Shown: positions 37,394-44,359 of the stretch, piece by piece | How positions within the stretch are numbered: position 1 is the first letter of the stretch | How the letters are laid out: each line of letters begins with the position of its first letter | Origin: Actinomycetota bacterium | Lineage (GTDB): Bacteria > Actinomycetota > Acidimicrobiia > Acidimicrobiales > CADCSY01 | Direction: 5' to 3' | Assembly: GCA_019348495.1 (NCBI GenBank) | Contig: JAHWJI010000002.1 | Location: 72-64,071 of the forward strand | Length of the DNA: 64,000 bases | The notes under the pieces: generated by a model | What the model was told of the DNA's origin: nothing | What the model saw: only the letters and a program-made list of their open reading frames with translations | The model's database searches: none | Position numbers and translations under genes: made by a program

Positions 37394-38656
37394 TCAGCGG
37401 CGGGACGGCTCGGGCACCAGGCGGGCCAGGGCGGCGACGGCCCGGTAGGCAGCCTCGGCCGGGCCCAGCTCGTCGGGACGGAGCAGGTTGGCCATGATGC
37501 GCAGCACCCACTCCATGAGCGAGCGGGACTGCATCCCCACCCGGGTCAGCTCCTTCATCAGGGCCGGTCGCCCGATGAGGGCGGCGAAGCCCCGGGCCAC
37601 CTTGAAGTAGAGGCCGAACTCGGCCTCGAGCGTCTCGGGGTAGCGCCGCAGCGCCAGGCCGTCGTCGGTGGTGAGGGCTTCACCCAGGACGTCGGCGGCC
37701 AGGCGCCCGGTCTCGTAGGCGTAGTCGATGCCCTCGCCGTTGAAGGGGTTGACCGAGCCGGCCGCGTCACCCACCACCAGGTGGGTGGGACCGGCCTTGG
37801 GGTCGACCGAGCCGGCCATGGGCAGGCGCCCTCCCGTGGGCGGGCCCATCTGGGTCTCGGGGCTGATGCCCCAGTAGGCCGGGGCGGTGGCTGCGAACTC
37901 GGCCATCAGGTGCGAGGTGTTGACCTGCTTCCAGTCGCGAAAGCTCGACAGCAGGCCGATGCCCACGTTGATCGTGCCGTCACCCACCGGGAAGATCCAG
38001 CCGTAGCCGGGAAGGGAGGCACCGCTGCGGTCGCGCACGTCGAGCACGCTCTCGATCCAGGGATCGTCGTGGCGGGGGCTCTGCCAGTACCCCCGGATGG
38101 CCATGCCCTGGGGGTAGGAGCGGTTGCGGGAGGTCCCCAGCGCCCGCCCGAAGCGGGAGTTGGCCCCGTCGGCCACCACCACGTAGCGGGACCGGATCTC
38201 CTCGGTGCCCTGCGAGCCCGGCCGGCGCACGACGGCTCCCGCCACCAGGCCCCGCTCGAGGACCGGGTCGAGCGCCTCGGTCCCCTGCCTCAGGGTGGCG
38301 CCGGCCGCCGCCGCGTGATCGGCCACGAGCTGGTCGAGGTGGCGCCGGCGCACCACGTAGCCGTAGTCGGGGTACTCGGGGTGCTCGGGCCAGGCCAGTT
38401 CCAGGGTGACCCCGTGGGCCACCGCCCGCAGCCCCCTGTAGCGGTGGTGGTTGGCCGCCACCCGCTCCTCGATCCCCATGTCGGCCAACTGTCGGACCGC
38501 TCGGGGGGTCAGGCCGTCGCCGCAGGTCTTGTCCCGGGGGAAGGTCTTGCGCTCCACCACCACCACGTCGTGGCCGGCCCGGGCCAGCCAGTAGGCAGTG
38601 GCGGCCCCCGCGGGCCCGCCCCCCACCACCAGCACGTCGTGACGGTGGCCGTTCAC
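37394..38656 (-). CDS. Geranylgeranyl reductase family FAD-dependent oxidoreductase (MenJ-like)
   Basis: GTG at 38656. HDVLVVGGGPAGAATAYWLARAGHDVVVVERKTFPRDKTCGDGLTPRAV. Lies 13 nt downstream of the cytochrome c gene on the same strand. Confidence 0.8.
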   Translation of the reverse strand: MNGHRHDVLVVGGGPAGAATAYWLARAGHDVVVVERKTFPRDKTCGDGLTPRAVRQLADMGIEERVAANHHRYRGLRAVAHGVTLELAWPEHPEYPDYGYVVRRRHLDQLVADHAAAAGATLRQGTEALDPVLERGLVAGAVVRRPGSQGTEEIRSRYVVVADGANSRFGRALGTSRNRSYPQGMAIRGYWQSPRHDDPWIESVLDVRDRSGASLPGYGWIFPVGDGTINVGIGLLSSFRDWKQVNTSHLMAEFAATAPAYWGISPETQMGPPTGGRLPMAGSVDPKAGPTHLVVGDAAGSVNPFNGEGIDYAYETGRLAADVLGEALTTDDGLALRRYPETLEAEFGLYFKVARGFAALIGRPALMKELTRVGMQSRSLMEWVLRIMANLLRPDELGPAEAAYRAVAALARLVPEPSRR

Positions 38657-38669
38657 GAGGCGGTCGGCC

Positions 38670-39518
38670 TCACGATCCTGCGGCGCCCTCCCCCTTGGCA
38701 CCGCCACCACCTTCGGCCTCGTTGCCCACGTCGCCGCCCTCGGCCTCGGCCTCGCCCGCCGGCGCCCCCCCGCTCCCCTCGCCGCCCTCGTCCGGGGCCG
38801 TGGGCGCGCCCTCACCGCCCGCACCGCCCTCGCCGGCGGCCAGCGCCGATTCCGTCTCGCCGCCGAGGATCTCCCGCTCGTAGCGGACCACGGCCAGGAT
38901 CTCCTCTTCGGTCAGGCTGTCGCCGAAGGCGGGCATGGCCCCACCGCTGGTCTCCGACGAGATGTGCTGGCCCCCCGGTCGCTCGGGGTTGCCGTAGGGA
39001 GTGCCGGCGGCGGGCGAGCCGTTGACCACCCAGGCGATGTGCTCGGCCGGATCCGGGAACGTCAGCAGCACCTCGCCGCCACTCAGCGGGCGACCGGTGC
39101 CGCCGCCGCCGTCGTTGCCGTGGCAGCTGGCGCAGGACTGGTTGTAGATGCCCTGGCCCTCCAGGAGCACCGGGTCGGTGATGCCCTTCTCGGGCACCAC
39201 CAGCGCCCCGGCGTAGACCACGGCCCAGATCGGCAGCATGGCCAGCACCGGAAGGGCCCAGACGGGGACCTTGGGTCGGGCCATGGCCGCGGTCACGTAG
39301 GGAGGGGGAGGAGGTGGAGGTGGGGGTGGGGCGGGTGCGACGGGCGCCGCCGCCGGTGGTGTGGGCGCAGGGGTGGGCGTGGCCGAGGTCGAGGTGACCG
39401 AGGTGCCGGGGGTGCTCGAGGCCTCGGGCGCCGGCGTGGCGTCGCTGTCCCCCCCCAGCCCGAGCGCTGCTCGTCGCTCCCGGGAGCGCTGCAGCAGGTG
39501 CTCAGGAACCTCGGTCAC
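38670..39518 (-). CDS. Membrane-anchored mono-haem c-type cytochrome with cytoplasmic N-terminal PEHLLQR motif, poly-Pro linker and acidic Gly-rich tail
   Basis: GTG at 39518 preceded by GGAGTGGAGGTGGA. VTEVPEHLLQRSRERR; a run of 10 Pro; TM helix WALPVLAMLPIWAVVYAGALVV; haem motif CASCHG; distal Met region GGAMPAF. Confidence 0.75.
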   Translation of the reverse strand: MTEVPEHLLQRSRERRAALGLGGDSDATPAPEASSTPGTSVTSTSATPTPAPTPPAAAPVAPAPPPPPPPPPPYVTAAMARPKVPVWALPVLAMLPIWAVVYAGALVVPEKGITDPVLLEGQGIYNQSCASCHGNDGGGGTGRPLSGGEVLLTFPDPAEHIAWVVNGSPAAGTPYGNPERPGGQHISSETSGGAMPAFGDSLTEEEILAVVRYEREILGGETESALAAGEGGAGGEGAPTAPDEGGEGSGGAPAGEAEAEGGDVGNEAEGGGGAKGEGAAGS

Positions 39519-39537
39519 TTTCCACCTCCACTCCTTC

Positions 39538-39607
39538 GCTCGGGCGCTCGGCGCTCGGGCGCTCGGGTCTGCTCGGGTCTGCTCGGGTCTGCTCGGGTCC
39601 TCGGGCC
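39538..39607. repeat. Tandem array of 7-8 copies of GCTCGGG (spacings 8, 7, 8, 10, 10, 10, 9 nt), immediately 5' of the cytochrome c start
   Basis: Read directly: gctcgggc gctcggc gctcgggc gctcgggtct gctcgggtct gctcgggtct gctcgggtcc tcgggcc. Confidence 0.9.
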
Positions 39608-39762
39608 CCCGCAGCCTAGGTTCGACCCGCGGCGCAGGGCCAAGTCGGGGCCAGGTCGGGGGGAGGCCCACCGCGGGGGCGATGTGGCCCTGGTGTGAGG
39701 CTGGTGGTAGACCTGTCGCCGCTGTCAGACTGGGCGCGGTGGCTTCAGCGGGGCCACCGGCC

Positions 39763-39768
39763 TACAAT
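39763..39768 (+). promoter_or_regulatory. Candidate -10 hexamer TACAAT for the b6-type cluster
   Basis: TACAAT lies in a locally AT-richer patch, 41 nt upstream of ATG 39809. RBS GGGAGGAGGG at 39790-39799. No convincing -35. Confidence 0.4.
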
Positions 39769-39784
39769 GTGAGCACTTTCACGA
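39767..39784 (+). promoter_or_regulatory. Candidate Rex operator (ROP-like inverted repeat) overlapping the -10
   Basis: ATGTGAG-CACT-TTCACGA versus the consensus TTGTGAA-N4-TTCACAA: 11 of 14 half-site positions match, with correct GTGA-N6-TCAC spacing. Confidence 0.45.
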
Positions 39785-39808
39785 GTAGCGGGAGGAGGGC
39801 CGCCGGGG

Positions 39809-40249
39809 ATGTTTGCGTTCGTGCTGTCACTTGTCGTCACCCTCGGCTCGATAGGCGCCGCCCTCAAGTACATGAAGCGCCGGCCTGCCGACGCCCGGTT
39901 GACCTGGGGCGAGGCCGCCGCCGCCGCCGTCTTCGTCTACTTCGTGTTGTTCATGGCCTACGGCGTGGTGCCCCACCAGTGGCTCACCTGGGCCGACAAC
40001 GAGCTGAGCTGGCGTCCCGACCGGTTCCTGACGGGGCCCGGCGGGATCTTCGCCGACGCCCTTCCCTTCGAGCTCACCTACCTCGTGTTGCGTGACATCG
40101 TGGTGAGTGGCATCTACGGCGCCTTCCTCGCGGCCCAGGTGGTGCTGTGGAAGAAGTGGCAGGACCGGGGCAAGCCCGAGCCCGGCGACCGCAAGGAGCT
40201 GGAGACGTCCCCGTTCGGCCGTCCCCTCGTCAAGCTGGAAAGGGCCTGA
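39809..40249 (+). CDS. Small 3-TM membrane protein, first gene of the b6-type cluster
   Basis: ATG with a strong RBS. Helices FAFVLSLVVTLGSIGAAL, AAAAVFVYFVLFMAYGVV, VVSGIYGAFLAAQVVLW. No family recognised. Confidence 0.6.
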   Translation: MFAFVLSLVVTLGSIGAALKYMKRRPADARLTWGEAAAAAVFVYFVLFMAYGVVPHQWLTWADNELSWRPDRFLTGPGGIFADALPFELTYLVLRDIVVSGIYGAFLAAQVVLWKKWQDRGKPEPGDRKELETSPFGRPLVKLERA

Positions 40250-40252
40250 TCC

Positions 40253-40666
40253 ATGCCCAAGACCGACGCCAACCCGCCCATGCCGACCTTCTCCGGCGAC
40301 TACGTGCTCCAGGAGATCGCCCCCGAGGCGCTGTCGAAGTCGGTCAAGCCCAAGCAGTTCCTCCACATCGACCAGTCCGAGTGCATCATGTGCGAGGGCT
40401 GTGTCGACATCTGTCCGTGGAAGTGCATCCACATGCTCTCCACCGAGTCGGTGGCCGAGGCCACCAACACCATCGAGCCCGGTGTCGACCCCGACGACCA
40501 CGTGATCTTCGTGGTCGACGAGGACATCTGCACCCGCTGCGCCCTGTGCGTCGACCGCTGTCCCACCGGCGTGATCGTCCTCGGCAAGGCCGGCGTGTCC
40601 GCACGCGACGGCGACCAGCACCAGCGCGACAACAACTACGGCTACGCCTACGGGATGAGGTTCTAG
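40253..40666 (+). CDS. 2x[4Fe-4S] ferredoxin-type protein
   Basis: Two CxxCxxCxxxCP motifs: [12 protein letters not shown] and [12 protein letters not shown]. No obvious signal peptide or TM segment. 3 nt after the upstream stop and 4 nt before the cytochrome b6 start. Confidence 0.8.
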   Translation: MPKTDANPPMPTFSGDYVLQEIAPEALSKSVKPKQFLHIDQSECIMCEGCVDICPWKCIHMLSTESVAEATNTIEPGVDPDDHVIFVVDEDICTRCALCVDRCPTGVIVLGKAGVSARDGDQHQRDNNYGYAYGMRF

Positions 40667-40670
40667 GCCG

Positions 40671-41453
40671 ATGGCCAAGGCGGTCCAGGGGGAGCGCGAG
40701 GGGTTCTCCGAGAAGCTGAGCAAGCGGATGGAGGCGGTGCAGGCGTCCCAGGCGTGGAACTCGATCTTCCGCCCCGGTTCGATCTTCCGCAAGGGCTACA
40801 CCGACAGCCCCCGGAACCGGTCCTACGTCATCATGAACTCGGTGCTGTACCACCTGCACCCGGTCAAGGTGAAGCGCCACGCGGTGAAGGTGAGCTACAC
40901 GCTGTGCCTGGGCGGGCTGTCGTTCTTCTTGTTCATCCTGCTGACCGTCACCGGGATCTTCCTCATGTTCTTCTACCGGCCGACGGCGGCGCAGGCCTGG
41001 ACCGACATCTACTCCCTGCACACCTCGGTCACCTTCGGCCTCCTGGTTCGCAACATGCACCGATGGGGTGCCCACCTCATGGTGCTCAGCGTGTTCCTGC
41101 ACATGGCCCGGGTCTTCTACCACGGGGCCTACAAGCCGCCGCGGGAGTTCAACTGGGTCATCGGGGTCATCCTGCTCACCCTCACCCTGCTGCTGTCGTT
41201 CACCGGCTACCTGCTGCCGTGGGACCAGCTGGCGCTGTGGGCGGTGACCGTCGGCACCAACATGATGGGCTACACCCCGGTGTTCGGCGATCAGGTGCGC
41301 TTCGTGTTGCTGGGCGGGGTGGAGATCGGCACCGACACCCTGCTGCGCTGGTACGTGCTCCACGTCTTGATGCTCCCGTTCGTCCTGGTGCTGTTCCTGG
41401 CCGTGCACTTCTGGCGGGTGCGCAAGGACGGCGGCATCTCCGGGCCGCTGTAG
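40671..41453 (+). CDS. Cytochrome b6-type protein (N-terminal four-helix half of cytochrome b)
   Basis: Haem-ligand spacing [15 protein letters not shown] and [32 protein letters not shown]. PetB-like C-terminus [14 protein letters not shown] motif at the haem-ci position. Confidence 0.85.
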   Translation: MAKAVQGEREGFSEKLSKRMEAVQASQAWNSIFRPGSIFRKGYTDSPRNRSYVIMNSVLYHLHPVKVKRHAVKVSYTLCLGGLSFFLFILLTVTGIFLMFFYRPTAAQAWTDIYSLHTSVTFGLLVRNMHRWGAHLMVLSVFLHMARVFYHGAYKPPREFNWVIGVILLTLTLLLSFTGYLLPWDQLALWAVTVGTNMMGYTPVFGDQVRFVLLGGVEIGTDTLLRWYVLHVLMLPFVLVLFLAVHFWRVRKDGGISGPL

Positions 41454-41487
41454 GGTCCGCACGAGGGTAAGGAAGGAGAGGACCGAC

Positions 41488-42282
41488 GTGACCGAGATCC
41501 CCGAGCACCTGCTCAAGCGGGCCCAGGAGGCCAAGGCCAAGGCCGCGGCCAAGGCCGGCCCCGATGCGGCCGCCGGCGCCGATGGTGGCGGTGACTCGGG
41601 CAAGATCCCGGCCCACCTGTTGGCCCGTTCCCAGGCGGCCCGCTCGGCCGCCGCCGGCGGGGGGGGCGAGGCCACCGGCAGCGAGGCCGCCGGGGGCGGC
41701 GTGGCCACCGCCGAGCGCCCCGGAGGCGCGGTGGCCACGATGCCTGCCGCCGGGGCGCAGGCTCCGCCGCTGGCCACCGGGCCCGAGGGCCACACCCAGC
41801 GACTCCTCACCGTGGTCAAGGCCGGGTCCATCCAAGACGTCAAGGCCAGGCCCGTGGACAAGGTCCACACCTGGCCTCATCTTCTGGTGGTCGAGTTCGT
41901 GGCTGCGCTGGCCTGCACCGCCTTCCTGCTGGTGTTCTCGGCGTTCGTGAACGCCCCGCTGCTGAGCTTGGCCAACTTCAACCTGACCCCCAACCCGTCC
42001 AAGGCGCCCTGGTACTTCCTCGGTCTCCAGGAGCTGCTGACGATGTTCCACCCCATGGTCGCGGGGGTGACGATCCCGGGCATGGGCATCTTCGCCCTGA
42101 TCCTCGCTCCCTACTCCGACAAGAACCCGTCCCCCCGTCCCGAGGACCGCAAGTTCGCCATCATGCTCTTCACCACGTTCCTCATGTTCTGGGCCGTGCT
42201 GGTGATCATCGGGTCGTTCTTCCGGGGCCCGGGCTTCAACTTCACCTTCCCGTGGAACGACGGTGTGTTCTTTGACCTCTGA
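41488..42282 (+). CDS. Cytochrome b C-terminal-half / subunit IV (PetD-like) protein with a ~125-aa cytoplasmic N-terminal extension
   Basis: GTG with RBS AAGGAAGGAGAGG. TWPHLLVVEFVAALACTAF and the Qo-region KAPWYFLGLQELL. The N-terminus carries two PEHLL-type motifs. Confidence 0.8.
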   Translation: MTEIPEHLLKRAQEAKAKAAAKAGPDAAAGADGGGDSGKIPAHLLARSQAARSAAAGGGGEATGSEAAGGGVATAERPGGAVATMPAAGAQAPPLATGPEGHTQRLLTVVKAGSIQDVKARPVDKVHTWPHLLVVEFVAALACTAFLLVFSAFVNAPLLSLANFNLTPNPSKAPWYFLGLQELLTMFHPMVAGVTIPGMGIFALILAPYSDKNPSPRPEDRKFAIMLFTTFLMFWAVLVIIGSFFRGPGFNFTFPWNDGVFFDL

Positions 42283-42342
42283 GTCGTTGCTCTCTGCACC
42301 GGTGCGCTCGGGGAACCGGGCGATGATCGAGAGGAGTCGCTG

Positions 42343-43185
42343 ATGGAGGGGACGACGGTGCTCACCATCGCCATCCCGGTGCTGGTCGCCCTGGCCGCGC
42401 TGGTGCTGTTCACCACCGCCCGACGGCGTGACAGCGACCGGGCCCTCTCCGACGATGCCAGCCCCGACGAGGCAGCGAGCCCACGGTCCTCCCGGGGCCG
42501 TGAGGTCGAGCGCCAGGCCGTGCTGGCCCGCACGTCCTCGGGCACGGAGCTGGCCCGGGCCGACAGCCCGCCGCCGGCGCCCTATGTCCCACCCGACGAG
42601 GAGGCCATCGGCGTCACCCGGCGCCAGTTCCTCAACCGCAGCGCGGTGGGGATGATGGTGTTCTCCCTGTCGGGCTTCGGCGCCGCCTGCATCGCCTTTC
42701 TTTGGCCCCGCCTCGGCGGCGGGTTCGGCTCCACCATCAACGTGGGCACCCTCGACGACGTCCTGGCCAGCATCAGCGAGAACCGTGAGCCCTTCTACGT
42801 CCCCGAAGGGCGCTTCTACATCAACCCCTACCCGCCGGACGCCGTGGCCAAGTCGGCGAGCGTCTACGGACCGAGCGTGATGGCCGGCCTGGAGGCGGGG
42901 GTCATCGCCCTCTACCAGAAGTGCCCCCACCTCGGGTGCCGGGTGCCGTGGTGCCTCACCTCCCAGTGGTTCGAGTGCCCGTGCCACGGTTCGCAGTACA
43001 ACCGGGTCGGCCAGAAGAAGAGCGGTCCGGCTCCCCGGGGCATGGACATGTTCCCGGTCACCATCACCGGTGGCCAGATCAGCGTCGACACCGGCGAAGT
43101 GATCGACGGCGTCCCCATCGGCACCAACACCACCGGCCAGGAAGCCGAGGGCCCGCACTGCGTGGGCGGGTCGAGCGAGCACTAG
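42343..43185 (+). CDS. Rieske [2Fe-2S] subunit
   Basis: CPHLGCRV ... CPCHGSQY. Internal Tat-like TRRQFLNRSAV followed by a TM helix. An extra N-terminal TM helix. Confidence 0.85.
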   Translation: MEGTTVLTIAIPVLVALAALVLFTTARRRDSDRALSDDASPDEAASPRSSRGREVERQAVLARTSSGTELARADSPPPAPYVPPDEEAIGVTRRQFLNRSAVGMMVFSLSGFGAACIAFLWPRLGGGFGSTINVGTLDDVLASISENREPFYVPEGRFYINPYPPDAVAKSASVYGPSVMAGLEAGVIALYQKCPHLGCRVPWCLTSQWFECPCHGSQYNRVGQKKSGPAPRGMDMFPVTITGGQISVDTGEVIDGVPIGTNTTGQEAEGPHCVGGSSEH

Positions 43186-43189
43186 GACA

Positions 43190-44359
43190 GTGACCGTCTC
43201 GTCCGGGGTCCTGGCCGCCTCGCTGCAACAGTCCATAGGCATCGTCGTCGCCCTCGTCGTGGTGGTCGGCTGGGGCCTGTACCTGGCGGCCAACGTGCGC
43301 CGGGCCAAGCCCGAGGTCGGCGCCGAGCTGGAGCTGGCGCCCAACCGCAAGCCCTACCTCGACGACGAGGACCTGGAAGGTCCACGCCTGGAACGGGCGC
43401 TCACGTGGGGTCTGATCGCCCTGACCATCTGCGGGGTGGGGCTACCCCTGTACTGGCTGGCCGAGCCCGGCCGACAGGCCGGGGCGGTGGAGGATTTCGA
43501 CGAGCGCCTCAGTGGGACCTACTCCATCCACGGCCAGCCCATCGGGGGGGGTGCGCTGTTCTCGGCCACCGCCGACGGCGGGTTCAACTGTGCCGGCTGC
43601 CACGGCGGCATGGAGGCCCTGGGCGCCGAGGTGCCCCACACCCTCACCGACCCGGTGACCGGCGATCTCCGCCAGGTCCAGTGGAAGGCCCCCTCCCTCA
43701 ACGACGTGACGCTGCGCATGACCGACGAGCAGATCAGGAAGGTCCTGATCTACGGCCGGCCCTTCTCGCCCATGCCCGCCTGGGGCCTCGAGGGCGGTGG
43801 CCCGCTCAACGAGCAGCAGATCGACAACCTCATCCGCTACCTCCACCAGATCGCCATCACCCCCGAGGAGGCTCGCCAACAGAACACCGAGGCGGCCGAG
43901 GAGGAGTTGGCCCGCCTCCAGGCCGAGGGGGGCGACCAGGAAGCCAGCATGGGTGCAGCCCTGTTCAACGTGAACTGCGCCCGCTGCCACACCCAGGGGT
44001 GGTCCTACGACGAGCCCGAGCTCCCGGGAGGCGGCTTCTTCGGGCCCAGCATCTACAACGCCACCGAGCAGTTCCCGGCCATCGAGGACCACCTGGAGTT
44101 CGTGACCGACGGCGCCGAGATCGGTGACGAGTACGGCGTAGGTGGCTTCAGCGACGGCAACATGCCCTACTTCGGCCAGGTGCTCACCCCCGAGCAGATC
44201 CGGGCCATCGTCGACTACGAGCGGGGGCTGGCCCAGCAGGTCAACCGGGACGTGGCCCTCGACCAGCCGCCGCCCCCGCCCCCGCCGCCGCCCCCGCCGG
44301 AGCCGCCGCCCGCACCACCGCCCGAGCCGCCGCCATCGCCACCGCCGGCGGGTCCGTGA
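43190..44359 (+). CDS. Membrane-anchored di-haem cytochrome c with a poly-proline C-terminal tail
   Basis: Two N-terminal TM helices. Haem motifs CAGCHGG and CARCHTQG. The C-terminus has a run of 11 Pro followed by EPPPAPPPEPPPSPPPAGP. Confidence 0.8.
   Translation: MTVSSGVLAASLQQSIGIVVALVVVVGWGLYLAANVRRAKPEVGAELELAPNRKPYLDDEDLEGPRLERALTWGLIALTICGVGLPLYWLAEPGRQAGAVEDFDERLSGTYSIHGQPIGGGALFSATADGGFNCAGCHGGMEALGAEVPHTLTDPVTGDLRQVQWKAPSLNDVTLRMTDEQIRKVLIYGRPFSPMPAWGLEGGGPLNEQQIDNLIRYLHQIAITPEEARQQNTEAAEEELARLQAEGGDQEASMGAALFNVNCARCHTQGWSYDEPELPGGGFFGPSIYNATEQFPAIEDHLEFVTDGAEIGDEYGVGGFSDGNMPYFGQVLTPEQIRAIVDYERGLAQQVNRDVALDQPPPPPPPPPPPEPPPAPPPEPPPSPPPAGP

Noticed and set aside
38695-38883. Plus-strand 62-aa ORF and the low-complexity GGAGGEG-coding segment at the 3' end of the cytochrome c gene, considered as a separate small gene or repeat element.
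   Set aside because: It is the antisense of the acidic Gly/Glu-rich C-terminal tail of the cytochrome c ORF. That frame is continuous with the haem domain, so there is no independent support.
39538-39607. Whether the GCTCGGG tandem array is a CRISPR array.
   Set aside because: The units are 7-10 bp with no unique spacers, there are no cas genes, and the total length is 70 bp. It is a microsatellite or operator-like repeat, not CRISPR.
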